A stretch of 64,000 nt of DNA, taken from positions 3,215 to 67,214 of the forward strand of contig JBLIOC010000001.1 of the NCBI GenBank assembly GCA_047639355.1, given 5' to 3'. Origin of the DNA: Minisyncoccia bacterium. GTDB lineage: Bacteria; Patescibacteriota; Minisyncoccia; Phycocordibacterales; UBA918. Of the stretch, positions 10,921-19,368 are shown in pieces. The notes under the pieces were generated by a model. It was not told the origin of the DNA. It ran no database searches and was given only the letters and a program-made list of their open reading frames with translations. How positions within the stretch are numbered: the stretch's first letter is position 1; every line of letters starts with the position of its first letter. The position numbers were made by a program, and so were the translations under genes.

Positions 10921-11211
10921 CCTTTTAATTCTAAACAACTGACACACTATTATTCAAACAATAATCATCTCTTGAGAAGTTCAAGCAAAATCTTGATTTG
11001 CTTAAGTGGTCTATTCGGCAAATAATAAGTCCGGGATTACATTAGTGGAATATGCACACCATACCCCAAACCTTACTTAATGAACGTGGTATCATTATTA
11101 ATGATAGTTTGCTTATTAACAGTAGTTATTTACTATCTTATAGATCCTACCGATATAATTCTGCTCTATATATTCTCGCCGTATTAAACTTTTATTAAAT
11201 CAGCTCCAGTC

Positions 11212-12480
11212 ATGTTCTTCATTGCCGTATTAAACAAATCTAAAATGCTTAAAATTCACACAAAATTTTGTTACCTAGCAATCATTTCAATACTAACGGT
11301 TTTATTCTTTGCAGCTAGTCTTTCATTCATCAACACAGCTAATGCTGGTTCTGCAGACAGTCTGACTGGCTACGCCTGGAGTGATAATATTGGCTGGATA
11401 AGCTTCAATGATACAAATAATTCTGGAACGGTCAATTACGGTGTTGATGTTGCTACCGGGTCGGGTTTATTCTCTGGCTACGCCTGGAGTGATAATATTG
11501 GCTGGATATCCTTTTGGCCTGGTGACGTAATTGGTTGCCCCTCTGGTCCCGGTACTTGTAACCCTACTCTTGACTGGAACACTGGTGTAATTACCGGCTG
11601 GGCTCGTGCTTGTGCTGGAACTGCAGACGCGGCCTGTGCACTTACCTCTTCCCGAACAGACGGCTGGGACGGCTGGATTAGTCTTTCTGGAGTAGCTACC
11701 GATTCTTCAGCTTCAACGTATGGAGTTCTTGTTAATGTTACCACTGGTGCTTTTTCTGGACAAGCTTGGGGTAGCACCAATGTTGGTTGGATTTCGTTTT
11801 CAGGTACAGAAGGTACAGGATGGGGTGTTGATGGTATTCTCCCCCCTGCATCTGCAACCCTTAGTTCAGATCCAGTACCCGGCTGCATCATTCCGAATGG
11901 TGATAGTACTTGCCCTGTAGATTTAACCTGGAGTATACTATTCTCAAGTGACACAAGTGTATACAATTTCTCGCTTGGTACCACAATCTCAACCGTTGCT
12001 GCTGGTACAGAACCTTCTTACCCACTAAACCCTGGAGTAAACGTTATTGAAGCTCGAGACGGTAGTAATATCCTCAGGACTATTACTCCTACTGCTGGCT
12101 GTTCCACACCACTCGATTTCTGGGACAGTGCTGAGTGTGGTACTATACCTACTCTAGATATTACTCCCAGTCTGTCTGCTGGCTCTCAGATAATTAGATC
12201 TGGTGAATCAGCTGATGTAGAAATTGTCATTATTTCAGATTACAATTTAACTTGTCAACTGAATGGAGCAGAAATAACTCCTGTCGATCTTACTTACGAT
12301 TCTGCAACTAGTGAAATCAGAAATAGTTCAAATAGCGCCATACCTGCTACTGGTTACCCTACAAGACAACTTTATTCTAAGCAAGCTATTTCCATTGTTT
12401 GTACAGTCGACGCAGACCCAACTATCTCACTTTCAGGTGAATACATTATTGAGGTGATTGGTACCGTACAGGAGATTTAG
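11212..12480 (+). CDS. Secreted tandem-repeat protein (four GxAWSxNxGWISF repeats plus an Ig-like C-terminal region)
   Basis: Signal peptide with probable cleavage at TANA/GS; the probable start is at the internal Met near 11245. Four repeats of (G)YAWSDNIGWISF / GQAWGSTNVGWISF. An exact 35-nt DNA repeat occurs at 11366-11400 and 11474-11508. Confidence 0.6.
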   Translation: MFFIAVLNKSKMLKIHTKFCYLAIISILTVLFFAASLSFINTANAGSADSLTGYAWSDNIGWISFNDTNNSGTVNYGVDVATGSGLFSGYAWSDNIGWISFWPGDVIGCPSGPGTCNPTLDWNTGVITGWARACAGTADAACALTSSRTDGWDGWISLSGVATDSSASTYGVLVNVTTGAFSGQAWGSTNVGWISFSGTEGTGWGVDGILPPASATLSSDPVPGCIIPNGDSTCPVDLTWSILFSSDTSVYNFSLGTTISTVAAGTEPSYPLNPGVNVIEARDGSNILRTITPTAGCSTPLDFWDSAECGTIPTLDITPSLSAGSQIIRSGESADVEIVIISDYNLTCQLNGAEITPVDLTYDSATSEIRNSSNSAIPATGYPTRQLYSKQAISIVCTVDADPTISLSGEYIIEVIGTVQEI

Positions 12481-12515
12481 AGAAGAGTGATGCACATCAT
12501 GTTAAAATTCTCAGT

Positions 12516-13478
12516 ATGAACAATAAAAGGGTAGCGGTTCTACGTGGTGGTCCAAGTGAAGAGTATTCCGTATCTCTCAAGTCAGGAACAGCTGTTTTGA
12601 ATGCTCTGAAAGAACTTGATTATCCACACAAAGATATAGTTATAACCAAAAAAGGAGAGTGGTTAGAAAATGGTGTGGTGCGAAAACCAGAAATAGCACT
12701 AGAGGCTGTCGACGTAGTTTTTGTTGCTCTACATGGACATTATGGAGAAGACGGGCAGGTTCAACGAATTTTAGAGCGTAAAAATATTCCTTTTACTGGT
12801 AGCCGATCTCTTTCTTCTGCTATCGCCTTTAACAAAGAGCTAACCAAACGTACTCTTATGTCTCATAACATAAGTATGCCACGCCATCGTCGTATGGACC
12901 GTGTGGAACTGGATAGATTAGATGAAGAAATTCCTAACATTTTCTCTGAGTTGGGAAGTGAGTTATTTGTAAAGCCGTTAGATAGCGGTTCGTCTGTAGG
13001 AGCAAGATATGCCCCTAACGAGGAGACTCTGCGAATGGTTCTTGCTGAATTGCTCGAAAACTATGACCAGGTTTTAATAGAGCAATTTATTCGAGGCCGC
13101 GAAGCAACAGTTGGAGTTTTGGATAACTTTAGAAACGAACCAACTTATATATTACCCGTTATAGAAATTATTCCACCTGGTGGAGAACCTTTATTTTCGT
13201 TTGAAAATAAATACAACGGAAAAACTGAAGAGATTGTACCAGGTCGGTTTTCTTATAGAGAAAAGGCTATGTTGTCAGAAGCGGCGGCCACAATTCATAA
13301 AGTCATTGATTGTAAAAGTTATTCACGTAGTGATTTTATTGTTCGTGATGGCGAGATTTACTTCCTTGAAGTGAACACTTTGCCTGGTCTGACTCCGGAA
13401 TCACTTTTTCCGAAAGCGGCTGCAGCGATAGGTCTACAGTTTCCACATCTGATTCAACACTTAGTAGAAAACGCGTAG
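12516..13478 (+). CDS. ddl: D-alanine--D-alanine ligase
   Basis: N-terminal VAVLRGGPSEEYSVSLKSG, plus LHGHYGEDGQVQ and the ATP-grasp C-terminal E..N motif (FLEVNTLPGLT). Confidence 0.9.
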   Translation: MNNKRVAVLRGGPSEEYSVSLKSGTAVLNALKELDYPHKDIVITKKGEWLENGVVRKPEIALEAVDVVFVALHGHYGEDGQVQRILERKNIPFTGSRSLSSAIAFNKELTKRTLMSHNISMPRHRRMDRVELDRLDEEIPNIFSELGSELFVKPLDSGSSVGARYAPNEETLRMVLAELLENYDQVLIEQFIRGREATVGVLDNFRNEPTYILPVIEIIPPGGEPLFSFENKYNGKTEEIVPGRFSYREKAMLSEAAATIHKVIDCKSYSRSDFIVRDGEIYFLEVNTLPGLTPESLFPKAAAAIGLQFPHLIQHLVENA

Positions 13479-13488
13479 TTAAAAAACC

Positions 13489-13517
13489 TTGACTTCAAGA
13501 CCTGTTCACCTTATTAT
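13489..13517 (+). promoter_or_regulatory. Candidate sigma-70 promoter (TTGACT-17-TATTAT) about 100 nt upstream of tRNA-Ala
   Basis: Near-consensus -35 and -10 elements with a 17-nt spacer. Confidence 0.35.
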
Positions 13518-13618
13518 AGTGCGCACTAAGGTACTTGCCTTAATAAATTCTGGCTTAGAATAACGTTTCTAACCAAACATACTTAAAGAATAAAAGTAAA
13601 CTTTTATTTCCGTCATTC

Positions 13619-13691
13619 GGGCTCGTAGCTCATCTGGTAGAGCGCCTCATTTGCACTGAGGAGGTAGCGGGTTCAAGTCCTGTCGAGTCCA
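13619..13691 (+). tRNA. tRNA-Ala (anticodon TGC)
   Basis: Cloverleaf by eye: acceptor stem GGGCTCG/CGAGTCC with a G3:U70 wobble (the Ala identity element). D-arm GCTC-ATCTGGTA-GAGC. Anticodon arm CCTCA-TTTGCAC-TGAGG, giving TGC. T-arm GCGGG-TTCAAGT-CCTGT. Discriminator A; no encoded CCA. Confidence 0.9.
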
Positions 13692-13696
13692 CAATA

Positions 13697-13721
13697 AAAC
13701 AGCCCTCAGGGGCTGTTTTTG
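13697..13721 (+). terminator. Rho-independent terminator after tRNA-Ala
   Basis: Hairpin CAGCCC-tcag-GGGCTG followed by TTTTTG. Confidence 0.7.
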
Positions 13722-13856
13722 TGTGTGGACTCGAAGAAGAGTGCCTGCGCACTCTTCGGCAGGACTTGAACGCCGGAGTGCTGTGAGTCTGCGAACAAGT
13801 GAGGTGTGTCCCGCGGCAACTGCTAGTTTGTGACTGTAGGGAAACGAAATAGCTTG

Positions 13857-13885
13857 GTGACCGTCAGGACAAGTCCTGTCGAGTC
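13857..13885. repeat. Direct repeat of the tRNA-Ala 3' end (copy 1), a putative att-like scar
   Basis: The 16 nt CAAGTCCTGTCGAGTC at 13870-13885 are identical to tRNA positions 13674-13689. Flanking gtgaccgtcaggac resembles copy 2. Confidence 0.6.
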
Positions 13886-13955
13886 TCAAATTGACAATAA
13901 TATTTAGAGGTGGTATTTTCTGTTTAGTTATAGCAATCACTGAGGAGGTGTAGAA

Positions 13956-14180
13956 ATGAAAGATATTAAAATTGTATGGGTGTTACAGGGGATACTTATA
14001 GGTTTTATGATAGGTATTATCTTAATTACTATCAAATCTTACGTGTTCCATTCTGGAATAAGCTCAATATTAACACCTCCATATGGAGAAAATGTGCTTT
14101 TACTTATATCTCAAATACTGATGGCGGCATATTATTATCCACGTGTGTGTCGATTTAAGAGTCGTATAGCAATGTATTAG
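13956..14180 (+). CDS. Small hypothetical membrane protein (74 aa)
   Basis: Single hydrophobic helix. Its first 15 nt (atgaaagatattaaa) are identical to the start of the thioredoxin-like gene at 14803. It is followed by a terminator. It could be a remnant. Confidence 0.35.
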   Translation: MKDIKIVWVLQGILIGFMIGIILITIKSYVFHSGISSILTPPYGENVLLLISQILMAAYYYPRVCRFKSRIAMY

Positions 14181-14197
14181 CTGTAACAGAGTACGCA

Positions 14198-14223
14198 GAA
14201 AAGCTCCCAAGGGAGCTTTTTTT
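14198..14223. terminator. Bidirectional intrinsic terminator
   Basis: AAAAGCTCCC-aa-GGGAGCTTTTTTTT, with an A-tract and a T-tract, between convergent small ORFs. Confidence 0.6.
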
Positions 14224-14411
14224 ATAAGTATCCTAACATCACTGAATAATACTTGCGATCAAGAATATAAAAATTAGTCAGATTAATGCACGTCTGGAAA
14301 GGTCGGTAACAAAAACAAAGACCCAGAAGAGAATCTCCTGGGTCAGTCAATTAAAATCTTGTCTCGCTTTTTTTGCAATAGTCACACAAGTAGTTATATT
14401 AAAGTTTTTTC

Positions 14412-14654
14412 TTAACTTTTTTTGAAAATCATCATAGCTTGGCTCTTTGTAGGTTGCGACAACTTCACCCAAGAGTTTAGTACTTCTGCTTTCTTTCCAG
14501 TGCTTCCACCACGACGTTCACCATGACTTCTCTTTGAAGCAGTTTTTCTATTATTGATCTTTCGGTAAGTCTTAATTATCTCTCCAAGTTCTTGCAACTT
14601 AGGAACTTTTTTGTACACGCACCTCTCCTTTGAGATATGGTTCAAATACTCCAT
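14412..14654 (-). CDS. Small basic hypothetical protein (80 aa)
   Basis: Lys/Arg-rich ORF. Its start abuts tRNA-like repeat copy 2. No recognisable domain. Confidence 0.35.
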   Translation of the reverse strand: MEYLNHISKERCVYKKVPKLQELGEIIKTYRKINNRKTASKRSHGERRGGSTGKKAEVLNSWVKLSQPTKSQAMMIFKKS

Positions 14655-14657
14655 TAG

Positions 14658-14686
14658 TGGCCGTCAAAACAATCCTGTCGAGATGA
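14658..14686. repeat. Direct repeat of the tRNA-Ala 3' end (copy 2, degenerate)
   Basis: gtggccgtcaaaacaatcctgtcgag shares TCCTGTCGAG with the tRNA and the ccgtca...acaa...tcctgtcgag frame with copy 1. Confidence 0.5.
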
Positions 14687-14802
14687 TTTGTAGTAACTCA
14701 TTAATGTTTGATTTAGCTTTGTTTCTACAATTGGGCACAATTCGCAAATACGGACTAGTCAACTGATATAATAAAGTTATATTATTAAACGTGTAGGTTT
14801 AT

Positions 14803-15069
14803 ATGAAAGATATTAAATTAGAAGAAGTATCATCTCCTGGCTGTTCTCACTGTGCAGCTTTCAAGGAGTATTGGGAAGGTGAAGCTATAAACTGGCCCAA
14901 CGTTACCTTTAGAGAGTTGAGTCTCGTGGATCCTGAGGGGCAAGAAATGGTCCAGAAACACCAGATATTTGCTTCTCCAGGCATTATTATTAATGGGGAA
15001 TTGTTTGCTACCGGAGGTGTAGACAAGATCGCCTTCAAGAAGAAACTTCAAGAACTTTCAGAAGAATAA
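14803..15069 (+). CDS. Small thioredoxin/glutaredoxin-fold protein with a CxxC motif
   Basis: 88 aa with SSPGCSHCAAF (CxxC) near the N-terminus. It lies immediately upstream of the CcdA-MCO fusion. Confidence 0.7.
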   Translation: MKDIKLEEVSSPGCSHCAAFKEYWEGEAINWPNVTFRELSLVDPEGQEMVQKHQIFASPGIIINGELFATGGVDKIAFKKKLQELSEE

Positions 15070-15072
15070 AAT

Positions 15073-18000
15073 ATGATTGATACAAAGTCCCCAGCTCCTT
15101 CTACAACTCCAACATCAAAGTCAGCTCGATCTTGGCTTATTATGGCAGCGGTGGGTGTTTTTGCAGCTATTGCTTTCGGTGTTTTATACCTATTCGTTCT
15201 AGCCCCATCCATTCCCGACGGAAATATTGGATGGTTTTTGTTTTCATTTGCGACAGGTCTTACGATGATCGTTATGCCGTGCACACTTCCACTGGCATTT
15301 GTAATCGTTCCTCTGTCTATGGGAAAGGGTCTTATTCGCGGTATCGGAATGTCTCTTGCATTCGGTCTTGGTATAGCTGTCACTCTTTCTCTTTATGGAG
15401 TAGCGGCAGCTCTTCTTGGAGGTGTAGCTATCGACGCTCTTGGTGCTGATCTTGATTCAATTAAAAACTGGGTCTATACAGTCGCTGGTGTCTTTGCTCT
15501 CGTTTTTGCATTGAGTGAAATTGGTTTGATGAATTTTCATATGCCCACATACAAGGGTGCAGCTCCGGCTTCGATACAGAAGCATGGAGAGTTGATAAAA
15601 GCTTTTATGTTGGGGCTTTTCCTTGGAAATGTTGGAGTAGGATGTCCTCATCCAGCTACTCCACTTATTTTGATAGAAATCGCTTCAAGTGGTGACGTGT
15701 TATACGGATGGCTTCTATTCCTGACTCATGCAATCGGCCGAATACTACCGTTGCTTCTATTAGCATTTATGGCAATCATTGGTGTAAATGGACTCAACTG
15801 GCTAATGTCCCGAAAGGATGCTGTTGAACGAACAACCGGCTGGGCAATGGTTTTCGTAGCAGGCTTTATTCTTACTCTAGGATTGTTCTCTCACGATTGG
15901 TGGGTCAATTCTGGAATTCACAGCGGACTTGAGACACTTACGCAAGAAGCTAGGTTCAACGCGCTTATAAACGAAACGCTTGATACCAATGTAGCTCACG
16001 CGCACGGATTAGAAGAAGGGGCTGGTCTATTTGGGTTACCTCTGGAGTGGGGTAATTGGTTCTTAGTGACGGTTTGGCTATTGCCAATGTGGTTATGGTA
16101 TAGAAAAAAGAAGAAGGACATTGAAGAAGGAGCTGACTTGTGTCAGGAAAAAGTCTTAAAGATAAAGAGAAATTTCCTTATTGTGATTGCTATATTTATC
16201 ATAATGATATTCACGCACTTTTTACCACAGAATTTTTACCTGAATTCTATTAGTGGTGGTGGTCACGGTGAAACGACTAGCCACGATGGTGCTGACGGCC
16301 ATCATGATGAAGGTGCATCAGCTAACCCTGACGGTATCCATGCAATGCCAGACGGCACAATCATGAATGCTAATGGAGACGTGCTAAAAGGTGGACATCT
16401 AATGCCGGACGGCACAATCATGCTTGCAGACGGAACGACGATAGGAGGTACTCCTTCGAACATACCTGCAGAAGCAACGCTGTATGGAGTTGATGTAGAA
16501 GATCTTCCGTTTGCTAACGTCCCTGAGACAGTAGAATTGGTAGATGGTGATAGTTATGATATCACTGCATTCTATGTACAGAAAGAGATAGGGAACAGAA
16601 CACTTCGTATGCTCGCATACAACGGCTCGGTTCCTGGACCCTTTATTAAGGCTCCGCAAGGAGCTGAGGTGACAATCAACTTTACGAACAACACAGACTT
16701 GGACCAAACCATCCACTCACACGGTCTACGATTAGACAACAACTTTGATGGAGTACCTGGTGTAACCCAGAATGTTGTTAAGCCTGGAAATTCACACTCT
16801 TATACTATTAAGTTTGAAGATGCCGGGGTTTATTGGTATCACCCACACACTCGTGATGATTACGGACAGGAAATGGGTCTGTACGGTAACTATATTGTAG
16901 AACCAATTGATGGTTACACATCACCAGTTAATCGACAAATTCCACTGGTTATTGATGACATTCTCATTGAGAACGACAAGATCTTTGACTTCTATAAAGA
17001 AATTACAAATTTTGCTTTACTTGGTCGATTCGGAAACGAATATTTGGTAAACGGTGAACAGGATTACTCACTCGAACTAGAGAAAGGTGAAGTTGTAAGG
17101 TTCTTGGTTACAAATGTTTCAAATGCAAGATCGTACAGTCTGTCGCTGCCAGGCGCGGAAATGAAAATGGTCGGTGCTGACATTGGACACTACGAGCGAG
17201 AGGAATTTGCAGAAGATTTCTTGATTTCGCCTTCTGAGAGAATGATTGTAGAAGCTTACTTCAAAGAATCGGGTACTTATTCTTTGACTCACACCACTCC
17301 GGACGGTGAGGTCGTACTTACTGAGTTTGTGGTTGGAGAAGAGTCAGTAGATGAATCATATGCTGAAGAATTCGACATTCTAAACGAAAACCAAGACGTA
17401 ATAGAAGAGTTCAGCACTTTCCGATCATATATTAGTAAAGACGCAGATAAGAAGCTATTACTTACTGTTGACCTAGAAGGACAGGTAGATCATAGTGCCC
17501 ACGGACATGCTACTGATGATGCTGCAGTGGATCCATATGCTGGTATTCATGCAATGCCTAACGGTGACGTTATGCTCGGATCTGGAGAAGTTATAACAGG
17601 TGCTACCGTAATGGATGACGGTACGATTGTCCTTGCTGACGGTACTGTTCCTGGCGCTCCACCTGTTCCAAAGACAAGACTTGAATCACTACAATGGAAT
17701 GACGAAACAATGTCCGACAAGGTAAACACTTCAGAGAATGTTACTTGGAAGATGATCGATGAAGAGACAGGAGCAAGCAGTATGATGATTCCAATAGCTG
17801 ACTGGACTTTCGTAGAGGGAGACATTGTCAAGATCCGATTAACTAATGATTCAACAGCCGATCATGTAATGCAACATCCAATCCACCTACACGGACAACA
17901 ATTTGTTGTTCTGACTGAAAATGGAGAGATTAATGACAATATGGCATGGAAGGACACTGTATTAGTATTCCCTGGTGAAGTCGTTGAAATATTAGTAGAC

Positions 18001-18834
18001 ATGAGCAACTTAGGGGAGTGGATGAGCCACTGTCATATTTCTGAGCACTTGCATGCCGGGATGATGATGCAATTTAGGGTAGAAGATGAATCTGGTTATG
18101 CAACAGGAGATGAATTCAGGTCTACTGTAACGGCTGGAATGGTTCACAAATCAAACGCTCCTACTATAAAGAAAAGCTCACGAGAATTTACCTTTGAGTC
18201 GGAAACTTCATCATTTGGCTACACAGTTTATGCTGAAAAAACCAGGTTCAAAGTAGGTGAAAAACAAGAGATCACACTGACTTTGTTTGATCCTGAGTTA
18301 AATGGTGTTGTGTTGTCTGAGAAGTATCCCGACCCACTTGGAATAACATTTGTGAAGAGTAATAATACTCAGAACTTTTACACTTACCCTGGGAACACAA
18401 CCTTCGATGCCGTCGATCATGGAGGATCAGCTCACGACAATAGTGATGGGCATCACAACGACACGATAGCTCCCTCATCAGAGCCGGTACATGACAACAG
18501 TGACGGGCATCATGGGTTTAATCTAATACCTACAGCTCACGCGCACGGCGGCACAGATGATGGTCACGCAGATGCTACTGGTCAAGTTTACACTTATACT
18601 GTGCCTGTAGCCTTCCCGGAAATTGGTGCGTACAAAGCCTTTGTTGAATTCGTGCCAGAAGGTGTAGATAAGCCGATTATTTTGAGTATGGATATAGAAG
18701 TGATCTCCTCGAACTTCTCAGTAGACAACTATGGTTGGAGCGTAAGTATGAAGTGGTGGATATTACTCATAGCCTCCCTGATCCTGACTGTACCTTTGGT
18801 GATCGGAGTTCGTAAGTACATTAACGTTAAATAA
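15073..18834 (+). CDS. Giant fusion of a CcdA/DsbD-like thiol-disulfide transporter TM domain with a multicopper oxidase, His/Met-rich Cu-binding repeats and a C-terminal TM anchor
   Basis: The N-terminal ~340 aa are polytopic with CcdA-type Cys motifs (IVMPCTLPLAF; GVGCPHPATPL). Multicopper oxidase motifs present: HSHGLR, WYHPHT, HPIHLHGQQF, HCHISEHLHAGMMM. Repeated GIHAMP(D/N)G..M and DNSDGHH segments. Final TM WWILLIASLILTVPLVIGV. Confidence 0.8.
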   Translation: MIDTKSPAPSTTPTSKSARSWLIMAAVGVFAAIAFGVLYLFVLAPSIPDGNIGWFLFSFATGLTMIVMPCTLPLAFVIVPLSMGKGLIRGIGMSLAFGLGIAVTLSLYGVAAALLGGVAIDALGADLDSIKNWVYTVAGVFALVFALSEIGLMNFHMPTYKGAAPASIQKHGELIKAFMLGLFLGNVGVGCPHPATPLILIEIASSGDVLYGWLLFLTHAIGRILPLLLLAFMAIIGVNGLNWLMSRKDAVERTTGWAMVFVAGFILTLGLFSHDWWVNSGIHSGLETLTQEARFNALINETLDTNVAHAHGLEEGAGLFGLPLEWGNWFLVTVWLLPMWLWYRKKKKDIEEGADLCQEKVLKIKRNFLIVIAIFIIMIFTHFLPQNFYLNSISGGGHGETTSHDGADGHHDEGASANPDGIHAMPDGTIMNANGDVLKGGHLMPDGTIMLADGTTIGGTPSNIPAEATLYGVDVEDLPFANVPETVELVDGDSYDITAFYVQKEIGNRTLRMLAYNGSVPGPFIKAPQGAEVTINFTNNTDLDQTIHSHGLRLDNNFDGVPGVTQNVVKPGNSHSYTIKFEDAGVYWYHPHTRDDYGQEMGLYGNYIVEPIDGYTSPVNRQIPLVIDDILIENDKIFDFYKEITNFALLGRFGNEYLVNGEQDYSLELEKGEVVRFLVTNVSNARSYSLSLPGAEMKMVGADIGHYEREEFAEDFLISPSERMIVEAYFKESGTYSLTHTTPDGEVVLTEFVVGEESVDESYAEEFDILNENQDVIEEFSTFRSYISKDADKKLLLTVDLEGQVDHSAHGHATDDAAVDPYAGIHAMPNGDVMLGSGEVITGATVMDDGTIVLADGTVPGAPPVPKTRLESLQWNDETMSDKVNTSENVTWKMIDEETGASSMMIPIADWTFVEGDIVKIRLTNDSTADHVMQHPIHLHGQQFVVLTENGEINDNMAWKDTVLVFPGEVVEILVDMSNLGEWMSHCHISEHLHAGMMMQFRVEDESGYATGDEFRSTVTAGMVHKSNAPTIKKSSREFTFESETSSFGYTVYAEKTRFKVGEKQEITLTLFDPELNGVVLSEKYPDPLGITFVKSNNTQNFYTYPGNTTFDAVDHGGSAHDNSDGHHNDTIAPSSEPVHDNSDGHHGFNLIPTAHAHGGTDDGHADATGQVYTYTVPVAFPEIGAYKAFVEFVPEGVDKPIILSMDIEVISSNFSVDNYGWSVSMKWWILLIASLILTVPLVIGVRKYINVK

Positions 18835-18835
18835 T

Positions 18836-19333
18836 ATGAATAAGTTTGCAGTTCTTGGGATCGTACTAGTACTCATCTTAGTTGGTGGGGTAGCTTACAA
18901 GCAGCTTGTCGGTAGTGCTGACGCGCCAGTTGAGACAGGGATAGTGAAAGAATACACAATTATTTCTAAGAAACTTGAGTGGAGATTTGAACCGGAATCT
19001 ATCGAGGTCGAGCAAGGAGACAGAATTATCGCAACAGTTATCAACGAAGATAATTTTGATCACGGTTTTGCTATTGACGCCTTCGGTATTAGTCAAAGAC
19101 TTCCGGCTAACGGGACGATTGTAGTGGAGTTCGTAGCGACTAAGTCTGGAGAGTTTCCTTTCTACTGTTCTGTTTCCTGTAGTAGTAGTGATAACCCCAC
19201 TTTTGATTTACTAAATGGCGAAGTGCAGACTGGTCCATACGCAGGCACATTTCAGGGTCACTTCGAACACGTAGGTAGGTTTGTTGTTAAAATGTTGCTA
19301 ACGGCAGGGATTCTGAACGAAGAAGAAAATTAG
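18836..19333 (+). CDS. Membrane-anchored cupredoxin-like (CuA-type?) protein
   Basis: N-terminal TM helix, beta-rich domain with HGFAIDAFG ... FYCSVSC ... H..M spacing reminiscent of CuA/cupredoxin ligands. Its position in the copper cluster supports the call. Confidence 0.45.
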   Translation: MNKFAVLGIVLVLILVGGVAYKQLVGSADAPVETGIVKEYTIISKKLEWRFEPESIEVEQGDRIIATVINEDNFDHGFAIDAFGISQRLPANGTIVVEFVATKSGEFPFYCSVSCSSSDNPTFDLLNGEVQTGPYAGTFQGHFEHVGRFVVKMLLTAGILNEEEN

Positions 19334-19368
19334 AACAAAGAAGCACATTAAAAATTTATCTATAAAAT

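Noticed and set aside
11478-11984. 168-aa minus-strand ORF inside the tandem-repeat protein gene
   Set aside because: It lies fully within and antisense to a signal-peptide-bearing repeat protein. Its Pro/Gln/Ser-rich composition mirrors the Gly/Trp codons of the sense strand.
13727-13890. Possible tmRNA (ssrA), because of the tRNA-Ala-like 3' end
   Set aside because: Pairing the segment's own 5' and 3' ends gives an acceptor helix with A:U, not G:U, at position 3. The segment is only about 160 nt with no plausible tag ORF ending in ..ALAA. Its tRNA-like part has a 5-nt T-loop. A tRNA-derived repeat is more likely.
13647-13940. 97-aa minus-strand ORF covering tRNA-Ala and the GC-rich spacer
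   Set aside because: It is antisense to a well-formed tRNA and its terminator. Its Arg/Pro/Leu-rich composition is typical of a spurious reading through GC-rich non-coding sequence.
15132-15449. Cys/Ser/Arg-rich 105-aa ORF, plus the 15048-15383 minus-strand ORF, overlapping the start of the CcdA-MCO gene
   Set aside because: These are alternate-frame or antisense artefacts within a strongly supported long CDS. They have no start context and nonsense composition.
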